Assembly: GCA_038253125.1 (NCBI GenBank)
Contig: JBBSHM010000006.1
Coordinates: 1 to 63,891 of the forward strand
DNA from: Acidimicrobiales bacterium
Lineage (GTDB): Bacteria; Actinomycetota; Acidimicrobiia; Acidimicrobiales; JAUJNH01
Direction of reading: 5' to 3'
Length of the DNA stretch: 63,891 nt
Shown here: positions 45,175 to 56,100 of the stretch, piece after piece
Layout: every line of letters starts with the position of its first letter
How positions within the stretch are numbered: the first letter of the stretch is position 1
Program-made: the position numbers and the translations under genes
The notes under the pieces: model-generated
What the model was told of the DNA's origin: nothing
Seen by the model: the letters and a program-made list of their open reading frames with translations, nothing else
The model's database searches: none

Positions 45175-48100
45175 CTAGCCGGCCACGACCTGCAGCCTGA
45201 TGCGCACCGGCCCGTGGCCGGCCAGCTCGGCTTCCACCCCGCCACGTACGGCGCCGTCAGGTTCGGCGCCTTCGGCCACGGACAGGGTGGAGGCCAGGAC
45301 CTCGCTGGCGATGACGTCCTGGAACGCCTCGACGGTGCCGCGGGCCGAGGCGGGCACCTCGAGGTGCAGGTCGATCCGGTCGCGGATGTCCAGCCCGGCG
45401 TTCTTCCGGGCCTCCTGCACCAGGCGCACGACGTCGCGGGCCACACCCTCCGCCTCGAGCTCGGGGGTGAGGGTCACCTCGAGCACGACGAGGGCGTCGT
45501 CACCCGGGAGGGCCCGGCTGGTCGAGCCGTCCAGCGGCAGCAGGCGCAGCTCGAACTCGGCGGCCAGCAACTCGATCCCGCCGGCAACGACGGTGTTGCC
45601 CCGGCGCTGCCAGTCGCCGGCCTTGGCGGCCCGGATGGCGTGCTGAACCTGTTGGCCCAGGCGGGGCCCGGCGGCCCGTGGGTTGACCGTCAGCACCAGC
45701 TCACCGGCCCCCTCGACGGCCGGGGTGAGGTGCACGTCGTGCACATTCAGCTCCTCGGCGATGAGTTCCCGGAACGGTCCGAGGGATTCGGCGCCGTCGC
45801 CGGCGACGGTGATCGACTGAAGGGGCAGCCGGGTACGCAGCACGGGCACGTGGCCCTTGCGGACGGCGTGGCCGGCCGAGCACACCTCGCGGGCCCGGTC
45901 CATGGCCGTCACCAGCTGAGCGTCGGCGGGGAGGTCGCCTGCGGCCGGCCAGTCCTGGAGGTGCAGCGAGCCGGCGCCCGGCACGAGCGCACCCCACAGG
46001 TGCTCGGCGGTGAGGGGCAGGAGAGGCGCCGTCACCCGCAGCAGGGTGTGCAGCACGGTGAACAGGCTGTCGACGGCGGCCTCGTCGCCCGCCCACAGCC
46101 GGTCACGGCTGCGGCGCACGTACCAGTTGTTGAGTGCGTCGAGGAACCGGGACACCGCCCAGCACGCCCCGGACAGGTCGTGCACCTCGAACGCCGTGGT
46201 GGCCCTCTCCACCAGCTCGGCCGCCTTGGCCAGGGCGTAACGGTCCAGGACGTCGTCGGCGGTGTCCACCAGGCGGGGTCGGTGCTCGGCGTACAAGGTC
46301 AGCGTGCGGCACGTGTGCCACAAAGGCAGAACGGCATCGCGCAACGCCGACTGCATCGCCGCCTCGCTGGCCACCAGGTTCCCGCCCCGCAGGATCGACG
46401 ACGACAGCAGTGACCAGCGGATGGCGTCCGAGCCGACCCGCTCGAAGTCCTCGAGCGGGTCGGGGTAGTTGCGCAGCCGCTTCGACAGCTTCCGCCGGTC
46501 GCTGCCGAGCACGATGCCGTGGGCCACGCAGGTCCGGAAAGGTGGGCGGTCGAACAGCGCCACCGACAGGACGTGCAACGTGTAGAACCACCCGCGTGTC
46601 TGGCCGACGTACTCGACGATGAAGTCGGCGGGGAAGCTGTCCTCGAACCATTCCTTGTTCTCAAATGGGTAGTGGACCTGGGCGTAGGGCATCGAGCCCG
46701 AATCGAACCAGCAGTCGAGGACGTCGCTCACGCGGCGCATGGTGGAGCGGCCGGTGGGATCATCGGGGTTCGGCCGCTCCAGCAGGTCGATGGCCGGCCT
46801 GTGGAGGTCGTTGGGCCGCACCCCGAAGTCGCGTTCGAGTTCGTCGAGGCTGCCGTACACGTCGACCCGCGGGTGGGCGGGATCGTCGCTCTTCCAGACC
46901 GGGATGGGCGCCCCCCAGAAGCGGTTGCGGCTGATCGACCAGTCACGGGCCCCCTCGAGCCACGAGCCGAAGGCGCCGTCGCGCACGTTCTCCGGCACCC
47001 AGGTGATCTCCTGGTTCAGCTCGAGAAGTCGCGCCTTGATCTTTGTCACGGCCACGAACCACGACGACACCGCCCGGTAGATGAGAGGGGTGTCGGTCCG
47101 CCAGCAGTGCGGGTAGCTGTGGACGTAGGAGTCCTCGCGGATGACCAGGCCCCGGTCGGCCAGCGCCCGGATGATGGGTCGGTTGGCATCGAACACCTGA
47201 AGGCCGGCGAAGTCGGCCACCTCGGCTGTGAACCGTCCGGTGTCGTCAACTGGCACGACCACACCGATGCCGTTGGCGTCGCACACCGCCTTGTCGTCCT
47301 CGCCGAACCCCGGGGCGATGTGAACGATCCCGGTGCCGTCGCCGTCGGTGACGAAGTCGCCGGCCAGCACCCGGAAGGCCCCTTCGGTCTGGCCGAAGTA
47401 CCCGAACAGGGGCTCGTAGGCCATGCCCTCAAGCTCGCGGCCCGACATGCCACGCACGACGCTGCTCCCTACCTCGCGCTCATAGGCCGCGGCTCGCGAC
47501 GCGGCCACCACCACCTGGCTCCCCTCGTGGTCGAGCACGACGTAGTCGAGCCCGGGGCCGACGGCCAGGGCCAGGTTCGACGGCAGCGTCCACGGCGTGG
47601 TGGTCCAGGCCAGGATGTCGGTCGGAACGCCGTCCAGCCCGTCGCGCAGCCGGAACCGCACGGTGACGGCCGGATCCTGACGGTCCCGGTAGGCGTCGTC
47701 CATCTTCGTCTCGAAGTTGGACAGCGGCGTCTCGCACTCCCAGCAGTAGGGCAGGACCCGGTAGCCCTCGTACAGCAGGCCCTTGTCGTGCAGCGTCTTG
47801 AAGGCCCACAGGACGCTCTCCATGTACGGCCGGTCCATGGTGCGGTAGTCGTTCTCGAAGTCGACCCACCGGGCCTGGCGGGTGACGTAGCGCTGCCACT
47901 CGTCGGTGTAGCGCTGCACCGACGCCCGGCAGTGGTCGTTGAAGCGGGCGACGCCGAACTCCAAGATGGCGGCCCGGCCGTTCAGGTGCAGCTCCCGCTC
48001 TGCCTCCATCTCCGGCGGCAGGCCGTGGCAGTCCCAGCCGAAGCGGCGGCCCACGTGGCGGCCCCGCATGGTCTGGTAGCGGGGCACGGCGTCCTTCACG

Positions 48101-48306
48101 TAGCCGGTCAGCAGGTGGCCGTAGTGGGGAAGCCCGTTGGCGAAGGGGGGCCCGTCGTAGAAGACGAACTCGGGAGAACCTTCCCGCTGGGCGAGGGACT
48201 GCGAGAAGGTCTCCTCGGCCGCCCAGCGCTCCAGGACGGCCCGCTCCAGCGCGGGCAGATCGGGGCTCGGATCGAGCTCGGCGAACGGGCGGGGGTCCGG
48301 GATCAT
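45175..48306 (-). CDS. ileS: Isoleucine--tRNA ligase (type 2)
   Basis: [43 protein letters not shown]. Confidence 0.97.
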   Translation of the reverse strand: MIPDPRPFAELDPSPDLPALERAVLERWAAEETFSQSLAQREGSPEFVFYDGPPFANGLPHYGHLLTGYVKDAVPRYQTMRGRHVGRRFGWDCHGLPPEMEAERELHLNGRAAILEFGVARFNDHCRASVQRYTDEWQRYVTRQARWVDFENDYRTMDRPYMESVLWAFKTLHDKGLLYEGYRVLPYCWECETPLSNFETKMDDAYRDRQDPAVTVRFRLRDGLDGVPTDILAWTTTPWTLPSNLALAVGPGLDYVVLDHEGSQVVVAASRAAAYEREVGSSVVRGMSGRELEGMAYEPLFGYFGQTEGAFRVLAGDFVTDGDGTGIVHIAPGFGEDDKAVCDANGIGVVVPVDDTGRFTAEVADFAGLQVFDANRPIIRALADRGLVIREDSYVHSYPHCWRTDTPLIYRAVSSWFVAVTKIKARLLELNQEITWVPENVRDGAFGSWLEGARDWSISRNRFWGAPIPVWKSDDPAHPRVDVYGSLDELERDFGVRPNDLHRPAIDLLERPNPDDPTGRSTMRRVSDVLDCWFDSGSMPYAQVHYPFENKEWFEDSFPADFIVEYVGQTRGWFYTLHVLSVALFDRPPFRTCVAHGIVLGSDRRKLSKRLRNYPDPLEDFERVGSDAIRWSLLSSSILRGGNLVASEAAMQSALRDAVLPLWHTCRTLTLYAEHRPRLVDTADDVLDRYALAKAAELVERATTAFEVHDLSGACWAVSRFLDALNNWYVRRSRDRLWAGDEAAVDSLFTVLHTLLRVTAPLLPLTAEHLWGALVPGAGSLHLQDWPAAGDLPADAQLVTAMDRAREVCSAGHAVRKGHVPVLRTRLPLQSITVAGDGAESLGPFRELIAEELNVHDVHLTPAVEGAGELVLTVNPRAAGPRLGQQVQHAIRAAKAGDWQRRGNTVVAGGIELLAAEFELRLLPLDGSTSRALPGDDALVVLEVTLTPELEAEGVARDVVRLVQEARKNAGLDIRDRIDLHLEVPASARGTVEAFQDVIASEVLASTLSVAEGAEPDGAVRGGVEAELAGHGPVRIRLQVVAG

Positions 48307-48409
48307 GGCCGTTGCAGCCTAAGGGTCCCGGCTCAGGCCCCCGGGTGGCATTGCCAGGGTGAGGTCCGGGGCGTGGTACCTTCCGGCGCCCATCGGACAG
48401 GAGCCTGCA

Positions 48410-48895
48410 ATGCCCGCAGCCAAGAAGGCCTCCAGCACGGCCAAGGTGAAGACCAAGGCCACCACCGCAAAGACGGGGATCGCTCCGGCCCCGCCGGTCG
48501 ACGCGCCCAGCCACCCGCAGCCTGCCGACAAGTGGCTGGCCAAGCAGCAGCAGGCGCTCTACGCGGCTCGCGCCGAACGGGTGCAGGAGGCCGATGCGCT
48601 CAAGGCCGAGGCGGACCAGATGGCCATTGACGCCGAGCCCGGCGACACCCAGTTCGACGAGGAGTCGGGCGAGGGCTCCACCGCCGCGGTCGACCGGGAG
48701 CGGGACCTGGCGCTGTCCGCCCAGGCTCGGGCCGAGATCGTGGAGATCGACGTCGCCCTCGACAAGATCGACGAGGGCACCTACGGCACCTGCGACAGGT
48801 GCGCCAAGCCGATCCCGAAGGCCCGCCTCGAGGTCATACCCTGGGCCGCACTGTGCGTGAGCTGCAAGAGCGGCGGCCTGTCAGCTCGGCGGTGA
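48410..48895 (+). CDS. TraR/DksA C4 zinc-finger protein
   Basis: [35 protein letters not shown]. Confidence 0.92.
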   Translation: MPAAKKASSTAKVKTKATTAKTGIAPAPPVDAPSHPQPADKWLAKQQQALYAARAERVQEADALKAEADQMAIDAEPGDTQFDEESGEGSTAAVDRERDLALSAQARAEIVEIDVALDKIDEGTYGTCDRCAKPIPKARLEVIPWAALCVSCKSGGLSARR

Positions 48896-49386
48896 CAACG
48901 GTCGCCGGCGGCCTCGGTGTGGTCGCCCCCGCAGCCGTCGCCGTGGTGGCCGTCGCCGTCGACCAGGCCTCCAAGACCTGGGCCCTTGGTCGGCTCGACG
49001 GGCGGGAGCCGCTTCACGTGGTTGGCTCGCTGCAGCTGGCTCTGTCGTTCAACTCCGGCGTCGCCTTCAGCCTCGGGCAGGGCTCCGGGCTGGCGATCGT
49101 GCCGATAGCCCTGGCCGTCGTCGTGGTGGTCGTCCTGGTGGCCCGCAGCCTGTCCGGTCGCCTGGCTGGGTTGTCGGTGGGCCTGGTGGTGGGCGGTGCC
49201 CTCGGCAACCTGGTGGACCGCCTGGTGCGGGGCCACGGCGGCGCCGTCGTCGACTTCATCGACCTGCAGTGGTGGCCGGTGTTCAACGTGGCTGACGCCT
49301 GCATCGTGGTCGGGGGCATCCTCCTGGCCATCGCCTCGCTGCGCCGCCCGCCGGCCCGCCCCGAGACTGACGCCGCATGCAGCTGA
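48892..49386 (+). CDS. lspA: Signal peptidase II
   Basis: [32 protein letters not shown]. Confidence 0.95.
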   Translation: MTTVAGGLGVVAPAAVAVVAVAVDQASKTWALGRLDGREPLHVVGSLQLALSFNSGVAFSLGQGSGLAIVPIALAVVVVVVLVARSLSGRLAGLSVGLVVGGALGNLVDRLVRGHGGAVVDFIDLQWWPVFNVADACIVVGGILLAIASLRRPPARPETDAACS

Positions 49387-50273
49387 CCGTCCCCGGCTCG
49401 CTCGGCGGGGAGCGGGTCGACAAGGCCGTGGCCCTGCTCACCGGCCTGTCCCGCAGCGACATCACCCAGATGGTGGAGGCGGGCGCCGTTCAGGTGAACG
49501 GCCGGGCCGTGGGCAGCCGGTCCCGTCGGCTGGCCGCCGGCGAGGTGCTGGAGGTCGAGGTGCCGGCGCCGCAGGATCGATCGCTCGTCGGTGACGCCTC
49601 TGTCGAGGTGCCGGTGGTGTTCGAGGACGATCACGTCCTGGTCGTCGACAAGCCCGCCGGGCTGGTCGTGCACCCGGGCGCCGGCAACCAGGGCGGAACG
49701 ATGGTGCACGGTCTGCTGGCCCGATATCCCGAGCTGGCCGGGGTCGGCGGCGACGTGGAGCGCCCCGGCGTGGTCCACCGCCTGGACGCCGGCACGAGCG
49801 GCCTGCTCGTGGTGGCCCGGACCGAGCCGGCCTTCCACCACCTGGTGGCCCAGCTGGCGGCAAGGTCGGTGGCGCGTCGGTACCGGGCGCTGGTCCACGG
49901 CCGGGTGGTGGCGCCCGCCGGCCTGGTGGACGGGCCCATCGGCCGCGACCCCCGTGAGCCCACCCGCCATGCCGTCGTCGCCGGCGGCAAGGAGGCCCGC
50001 ACCCGCTACGAGGTCCTTGACCGCGACGACGCCACCTCCCTGTTGGCCTGCCGGCTCGAGACGGGTCGCACCCACCAGATACGGGTTCACCTCGCCGCCA
50101 TCGGCCATCCCGTCGTCGGCGACGTGCTCTACGGGGGGCACCTCGACCTCGCCCTGGCCCGGCCCTACCTACACGCCTTCGGTCTGGCGTTCGACCATCC
50201 TGCGACAGGCGAGCGGGTAAACTTCGACAGCCCCGTTCCCCCCGACCTGGTTGAGGCCGATGCCCGACGCTGA
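49377..50273 (+). CDS. rluD: RluA/RluD family pseudouridine synthase
   Basis: S4 domain, [29 protein letters not shown]. Confidence 0.93.
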   Translation: MQLTVPGSLGGERVDKAVALLTGLSRSDITQMVEAGAVQVNGRAVGSRSRRLAAGEVLEVEVPAPQDRSLVGDASVEVPVVFEDDHVLVVDKPAGLVVHPGAGNQGGTMVHGLLARYPELAGVGGDVERPGVVHRLDAGTSGLLVVARTEPAFHHLVAQLAARSVARRYRALVHGRVVAPAGLVDGPIGRDPREPTRHAVVAGGKEARTRYEVLDRDDATSLLACRLETGRTHQIRVHLAAIGHPVVGDVLYGGHLDLALARPYLHAFGLAFDHPATGERVNFDSPVPPDLVEADARR

Positions 50274-50436
50274 GGATGCAGTCATCATGCGCCAGGTGAC
50301 CAGAGCCGTCGCCGCCGCGATCTTCTGCCTGCTGTGCGGCGGGATCGCTGGGATATTCGTCGTACGAGACGACCCCGGGTCGGTGGCCCGCCGCCAGCAG
50401 GTCGAGCTGGCCCCGACCAGCCCCCCGGCGGGCTGA
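50260..50436 (+). CDS. Possible small membrane protein
   Basis: One hydrophobic stretch (VAAAIFCLLCGGIAGIFVV); fills the gap exactly up to the osmC stop. Confidence 0.4.
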   Translation: MPDAEDAVIMRQVTRAVAAAIFCLLCGGIAGIFVVRDDPGSVARRQQVELAPTSPPAG

Positions 50437-50874
50437 TCAGCCCGAGAGGACCTTCAGGGCGATCGGGACGCCGGCCAGGGCCTTGCTTATGGGGCAGCCC
50501 GCCTTCGCCTGCTCGGCGGCCCGGGCGAAGCCGTCGGCATCGAGGCCGTCCACCTCGCCTCGCACGCTCAGGCTGATGCCGCTCACCTTGAAGCCGCCGG
50601 CCGGGTCGGCTCCGAGCGCCACCTCGGCGGTGACGTCGAGCGTCTTCGGCGTGCCCCCGGCCTCGGCGATCTCGTGGGAGAGCTGCATGGCGAAGCACGA
50701 TGCGTGGGCGCCGGCCACCAGCTCCTCGGGGCTGGTGGTGCCGGCGGCGTCGTCGGCGGCCCGCTTGGGGAACGAGACGTCGAAGCTGGCCGCCCCTGAG
50801 CTGGCCAGCTCGATCCGGCCGGTGCCGTCCTCGAGGCCGCCCTTCCAGGTGGTACGTGCGGTGCGTGTGGGCAA
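50437..50874 (-). CDS. osmC: OsmC family peroxiredoxin
   Basis: TSPEELVAGAHASCFAM, AKAGCPISKAL. Confidence 0.93.
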   Translation of the reverse strand: MPTRTARTTWKGGLEDGTGRIELASSGAASFDVSFPKRAADDAAGTTSPEELVAGAHASCFAMQLSHEIAEAGGTPKTLDVTAEVALGADPAGGFKVSGISLSVRGEVDGLDADGFARAAEQAKAGCPISKALAGVPIALKVLSG

Positions 50875-50915
50875 GGGTCTCTCCGGGTCGTCGGCTGTGT
50901 GACCCTCCGATCTTG

Positions 50916-51680
50916 TCAGTGCCGGCAGGCCAACGTGATCGTCGGGAAGGGATCCACTGCGTCACCGCCGTTCGGGTGCACCTCGAAGTGAAGGTGGGTG
51001 GGGCCGCCGGCGGCGTCGCCGGTGTTGCCGACGTAGCCGATCGTCGTGCCCGCGGCCACCGTGCCGGTCGCTCCGTAGCGCTCCAGGTGGGCGAAGTAGT
51101 AGCGGTTGCCGTCGTTGCCGTACAGCCGGATGGCCGTTCCGCCGAGCGAGTTGTCGTAGGGCTCGACCCGCCCGCTGACCGGGGCGCGGATGGCAGTGCT
51201 CCGGGACGCGAACATGTCGATGCCCTCGTGGACCCGGCCCCCCGGGCGGTCCACACCGTAGTCGTCGATGAACGTGGCGCCCGGCACCGGGCACCTCCAG
51301 CTGTGGGACCGTGTGCCGATGATCCGCCACGCTGAGCTGGGCGCCGCCGCCTGCAGGGCGTAGGAGGCCGAGGGAGCCGAACCGAGGGCGGCCCACGTCA
51401 GGGGGCCGACGATCCCGTCGGCGGCCAGCCCGGCGGCGGACTGCAGACCCTGCACCGCCCGTCGGGTCTGCTCGCCGTACCGGCCGTCAACCGCGACCCC
51501 GACCCGCCGCTGGACCACCTTCACCTCCTCCCCGCGATGGCCGAGCGAGACCATCGGCTGGGTCGCTGAGGCGGCGGCGGGGGCCGACCCGGCGCTGGCC
51601 GGGGCGGCCGAGGGAGTGATGGCGGCAGCGACCAGAAGCGCACCGGTCACCGCCGCCGTCCGCGTCGTTCGCTGTCGCAC
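50916..51680 (-). CDS. Secreted M23 metallopeptidase with peptidoglycan-binding domain
   Basis: Signal peptide, DGRYG...ADGIVGPLTW PG-binding motif, HEGID, YFAHL, HLHFE. Confidence 0.92.
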   Translation of the reverse strand: MRQRTTRTAAVTGALLVAAAITPSAAPASAGSAPAAASATQPMVSLGHRGEEVKVVQRRVGVAVDGRYGEQTRRAVQGLQSAAGLAADGIVGPLTWAALGSAPSASYALQAAAPSSAWRIIGTRSHSWRCPVPGATFIDDYGVDRPGGRVHEGIDMFASRSTAIRAPVSGRVEPYDNSLGGTAIRLYGNDGNRYYFAHLERYGATGTVAAGTTIGYVGNTGDAAGGPTHLHFEVHPNGGDAVDPFPTITLACRH

Positions 51681-51792
51681 GATCTTGGCTCCTGCCGGGC
51701 CACACCCCTCTCCGCAGGAACAACACTAGCAACACGAGCACCAGGAGTCACAAGGACGAGCCAACGACAGTGGCCGAGCCGGCGGGAGCGTG

Positions 51793-52236
51793 TCAGCCCA
51801 GGAGGGTGGCGGGCTGCAGGCCCTTGGAGCGCATGACCATGTCGGCCAGCGTCAGCGAGTCGAGGTGGCGTCTCAGGTGGCTGCCGACGTCGGCCCACAC
51901 CTCGAGCAGGGCGCACTGGCCCTCGTGCTCGCATGAACCGGCCTCGTGGGGGTTGCCGAAGTCACCGGCCACGATCGGGCCGTCCACGGCGCTGACGATG
52001 GCGGCCAGGGTGATGTCCCCCGGAGATCGGGCCAGGACGTAGCCGCCGCCCACCCCCCGCTTGGAGCGCACGAGCCCTGCGCCCTTCAGGGCCAGCAGGA
52101 TCTGCTCGAGGTAGGGCTGGGGCAACCCGGTGCGGTCGGCGATGTCGCGCACCGAGGTGGGGGTGCCGCCGTTGGCGTGGAGGGCGAGGGACAACAGCGC
52201 CCGGCTGGCGTAGTCCCCGCGCGTCGACACCTTCAC
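51793..52236 (-). CDS. Rrf2 family transcriptional regulator
   Basis: MKVSTRGDYA, PYLEQILLAL, SKRGVGGGYVLA. Confidence 0.94.
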   Translation of the reverse strand: MKVSTRGDYASRALLSLALHANGGTPTSVRDIADRTGLPQPYLEQILLALKGAGLVRSKRGVGGGYVLARSPGDITLAAIVSAVDGPIVAGDFGNPHEAGSCEHEGQCALLEVWADVGSHLRRHLDSLTLADMVMRSKGLQPATLLG

Positions 52237-52256
52237 CAGGTGGGATGCTACGGCGG

Positions 52257-52751
52257 ATGAGCGACATCACCGAGCCGGTCCCGCCCGCACCAGACGAGGG
52301 CGGCCTGTCACCGCAGGAGGTCGCAGAGCCGGCGGTCGAGGAGGCCCGGCCCGAGCGGACGGGGGAGTTCGTTGAGCACCCGGCCAAGGTGATGCGGATC
52401 GGCTCGATGATCAAGCAGCTGCTCGACGAGGTGCGCACGGCGCCCCTCGACGAGAAGAGCAGGGCCCGCCTGAAGGAGATCTACGAGACGTCGATCCGCG
52501 AGCTGTCCCAGGGCCTCTCGCCCGACCTGTCCGCCGAGCTGGCCACCCTCACCACCCCCTTCGACGACGAGGCCCCGTCCGAGTCTGAGCTGCGCATCGC
52601 CCAGGCCCAGCTCGTCGGCTGGCTCGAGGGCCTGTTCCACGGCATCCAGGCCGCCCTGTTCGCCCAGCAGGCCGCCGAGCGCCAGATGGAGGAGATGCGC
52701 CGCCGCAGCCTCCCCGCCCCCGCCGAAGAGCGCACCGGCACCTACCTCTGA
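52257..52751 (+). CDS. bpa: Bacterial proteasome activator (Bpa/PafE, DUF2587)
   Basis: PAKVMRIGSMIKQLLDEVR, ELRIAQAQLVGWLEGLFHGIQ, C-terminal GTYL HbYX. Confidence 0.93.
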   Translation: MSDITEPVPPAPDEGGLSPQEVAEPAVEEARPERTGEFVEHPAKVMRIGSMIKQLLDEVRTAPLDEKSRARLKEIYETSIRELSQGLSPDLSAELATLTTPFDDEAPSESELRIAQAQLVGWLEGLFHGIQAALFAQQAAERQMEEMRRRSLPAPAEERTGTYL

Positions 52752-52773
52752 GGGTGCCGCAGCTCAGGTCTGT

Positions 52774-53049
52774 TTATTTATCAGGGGCAGATGTCCGGGC
52801 GATGGCGAATCCCTCTTCGAGCATGTCGGTGGCCCGTGCCGCCTGGCTCCTGATCGAGGCCAGGATGCGGCCCCGTTCGGCGGCGCTGAGGCGGTCCCAA
52901 GCCGATTCAAGGGTCTGAGCCATGCCGCTGATCACGGCCAGGGGCGTCATCAGGTCGTGCCTGGAACGCTCGGCCCAGGCCGCAAGCTCGGCGTTGCGGG
53001 CCGCCAGCGCCTCCTCGGCGGCCGGTCTCGGCTCGGGCGTCGTCGCCAT
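52774..53049 (-). CDS. Stand-alone HisKA (DHp) phosphoacceptor domain protein
   Basis: H-box RHDLMTPLAVISG with no ATPase or sensor domain; TACCGT -10 six nt before ATG. Confidence 0.65.
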   Translation of the reverse strand: MATTPEPRPAAEEALAARNAELAAWAERSRHDLMTPLAVISGMAQTLESAWDRLSAAERGRILASIRSQAARATDMLEEGFAIARTSAPDK

Positions 53050-53132
53050 GCCAGGACGGTAGCGGCGGCGGACCTTCGGCCCGGCGCCGCTGCTACCGTC
53101 GTCTAATCACACCCGTGTAGTCCACCCACAGC

Positions 53133-53141
53133 TTGTCCACA
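53133..53141 (+). promoter_or_regulatory. DnaA box upstream of dnaE
   Basis: TTGTCCACA, the actinobacterial DnaA-box consensus, 11 nt before the GTG. Confidence 0.55.
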
Positions 53142-53152
53142 GGAAGAGGGTC

Positions 53153-56100
53153 GTGGCCGGGTCCTTCACCCACCTGCACCAGCACACCGAGTACTCGATG
53201 CTCGACGGGGCCTCCCGGGTGCAGGAGGTCGTGGCGGCGGCGGTGGCTGACGGGCAGCCGGCCCTCGGGATCACCGACCACGGCGTGATGTACGGGGTGC
53301 TCGAGTTCTACAAGGCGTGCCGGGCCCAGGGGATCAAGCCGGTCATCGGCGCCGAGCTGTACCAGGCGGCGCAGAGCCGGCACGAGCGTCCCCGGCGCAG
53401 CGGCGGCAAGGTCGACGACTCAGGCGGCGACGCCGAGGGCGGCAACAAGCTCTACTACCACCTAACCGCCCTGGCCGAGACCACCGAGGGCTACGGCAAC
53501 CTCATGAAGCTCTCCAGCGAGGCCTTCCTGTCGGGGTACTTCTACAAGCCCCGGGTCGACTGGGAGCTGCTGGAACAGCACCACCGGGGGATCATCGCCA
53601 CCACGGGCTGCCTCGGAGGTGTGGTCTTGCAGGCGCTGCTGCAGGGCGATGAGGCACTGGCCGCCAGGCGGGCGGCCCGGCTGCAGGACATCTTCGGGCG
53701 CGACTCGATGTTCGTCGAGCTGCAGGACCACGGGATCCCCGAGCAGCGCCGGACCAACCCTCAGCTGCTGGCCCTCGCCCGCCGCATAAAGGCGCCGCTG
53801 CTGGCCACCAACGACGGCCACTACGTCCATCAGTCCGACGCCCTGGCCCATGACGCCCTGCTCTGCGTGCAGACCGGGTCGCTGCTGGCCGACGATAACC
53901 GCCTGCGCTTCCACGGCGACCAGCACTACCTGAAGTCGGCGGCCGAGATGCGCCTGCTGTTCTCCGAGCTGCCTGAGGCGTGCGACAACACCCTGTGGAT
54001 CGCCGAGCGGGCCGAGGTCGAGATCGAGTTCGGCAAGCCCCAGCTGCCCGAGTTCCCACTGCCGAAGGGTTTCACCAGCCAGTCCGGCTACCTGCGCCAC
54101 CTGGTCGAGGACGGCGCCCGCGACCGTTACGGCCCGGCCTACGGCGCCGAGGTGCAGCAGCGCATCGACCACGAGCTCGGCGTCATCGAGGACATGGGCT
54201 TCTCCGCCTACTTCCTGGTGGTGTGGGACCTCATCCGCCACGCCCGCTCGTCCAACATCCGGGTCGGTCCGGGGCGGGGGTCGGCGGCCGGCTCGTGCGT
54301 GTCGTACTGCCTGAAGATCGTCGACCTCGACCCCATCCGCTACGACCTTTTGTTCGAGCGCTTCCTGAACCCGGCCCGCAAGCAGATGCCCGACATCGAC
54401 ATGGACTTCGACTCCCGCTACCGGGGCGAGATGATCCGCTACGCCGCCGAGCGCTACGGCTGGGACCACGTGGCCCAGATCATCACCTTCTCGACGATAA
54501 AGGCCCGGGCCGCGGTGCGTGACGCCGCCCGGGTGCTCGGCCTGCCCTACTCGGTGGGTGACCGGGCGGCCAAGGCGATGCCGCCGCTGGTGATGGGCCG
54601 GGACACCCCGCTATGGGCCTGCTTCGAGCGCCAGGAGAAGTTTGCCGACGGCTTCGGGGCGGCGGGCGAGCTGCGGGCCATGTACGACTCGGACCCCGAC
54701 GTGCGCAAGGTCGTCGACGTGGCCCGCGGCCTTGAAGGCCTGCGGCGGGGCGACTCGATCCACGCCGCGGCGGTGGTCATCACCAACCGGCCCCTCACCG
54801 AGCACCTCCCCATCCAGCGCAAGCCCGACGGGTCCAATCCCATAGATCAGGCTCCCATAGTCACCCAGTACGAGATGGGCGGGGTCGAGGAGCTGGGCCT
54901 TTTGAAGATGGACTTCCTGGGCCTGCGCAACCTCGACGTGATCGAGATGACGCTCGACCAGTGCGAGCAGACGCTGGGCCGCCGCCCGGATGTCGACGGG
55001 GTGGCCCTGGACGACGACCGGACGTTCGAGATGCTGCGCCGGGGCGACACGATCGGGGTCTTCCAGTTCGAGGGAGGGCCGATGCGGGCGCTGATCCGGG
55101 CCCTGGCGCCCACCAGCTTCGACGACATCGCCGCCCTCACCGCCCTCTACCGGCCGGGGCCAATGGCCGCCAACATGCACAACGACTACGCCGACCGCAA
55201 GAACGGCCGCAAGCCCGTCGCCTACTTCCACCCCGACGCCGAGAAGGTGCTGGGCGCCACCTACGGCCTGTGCGTCTACCAGGAGCAGATGATGCAGCTG
55301 GCCCGGCTCTTTGCCGGGTTCACCATGGAGGAGGCCGACAACCTCCGCAAGGCCGCCGGCAAGAAGAAGCGCGAGATCATGGTCCGGGAGCGGGCCAAGT
55401 TCGTCGCCGGCTGCGATGCCACGGGCTACGGCACCAAGCTCGGCAACGACCTGTTCGACATGATCGAGCCGTTCGCCGACTACGCCTTCAACAAGAGCCA
55501 CTCGGTCGGCTACGGCTTCGTCGCCTATCAGACGGCGTGGCTGAAGGCCAGCTATCCCGTGCAGTACTTCGCAGCCCTCCTCACCTCGGTGAAGGAGGAC
55601 AAGGACAAGACGGCGATCTACCTGTCGGAGTGCCGCACGATGGGCATCGAGGTCGAGGTGCCCGACGTGAACGCATCAGCCTCGGACTTCGTGGCCGACG
55701 TCGACCCGGCCAGCGTCGACACCACGGTCCCCGGCGGCACCGGAACCATCCCCTTCGGCCTATCGGCCATCCGCAACGTGGGCGAGGGGCTGACCACCAA
55801 GGTGGTCGAGGAGCGTGAGCGGAACGGGCCGTTCGCCGACTTCTACGACTTCTGCCAGCGCGTGGACCCGCTCGCCCTCAACAAGCGCACCCTCGAGTCG
55901 CTCATAAAGGCGGGCGCGTTCGACAAGCTCGGCCACCCCCGCCGGGGCCTGCTCTCGGTCTTCGAGCAGGTGGTCGACCGCACGCTGCAGCAGCGCAAGG
56001 AGGACGACCAGGGCATCATGAGCCTGTTCGGCGATCCGGCCGGCATGGGTGGGGGCTTCGACGACACCCGGGTGCCCATCCCCGACGTCGAGTTCGACAA

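Noticed and set aside
46519-48630. Long antisense ORFs such as this 703-aa one opposite ileS, and many similar
   Set aside because: Typical high-GC shadow frames lacking stops; no independent motifs
51681-51792. c-di-AMP riboswitch upstream of the M23 cell-wall hydrolase
   Set aside because: The spacer is short and I could not find the conserved ydaO-type sequence elements
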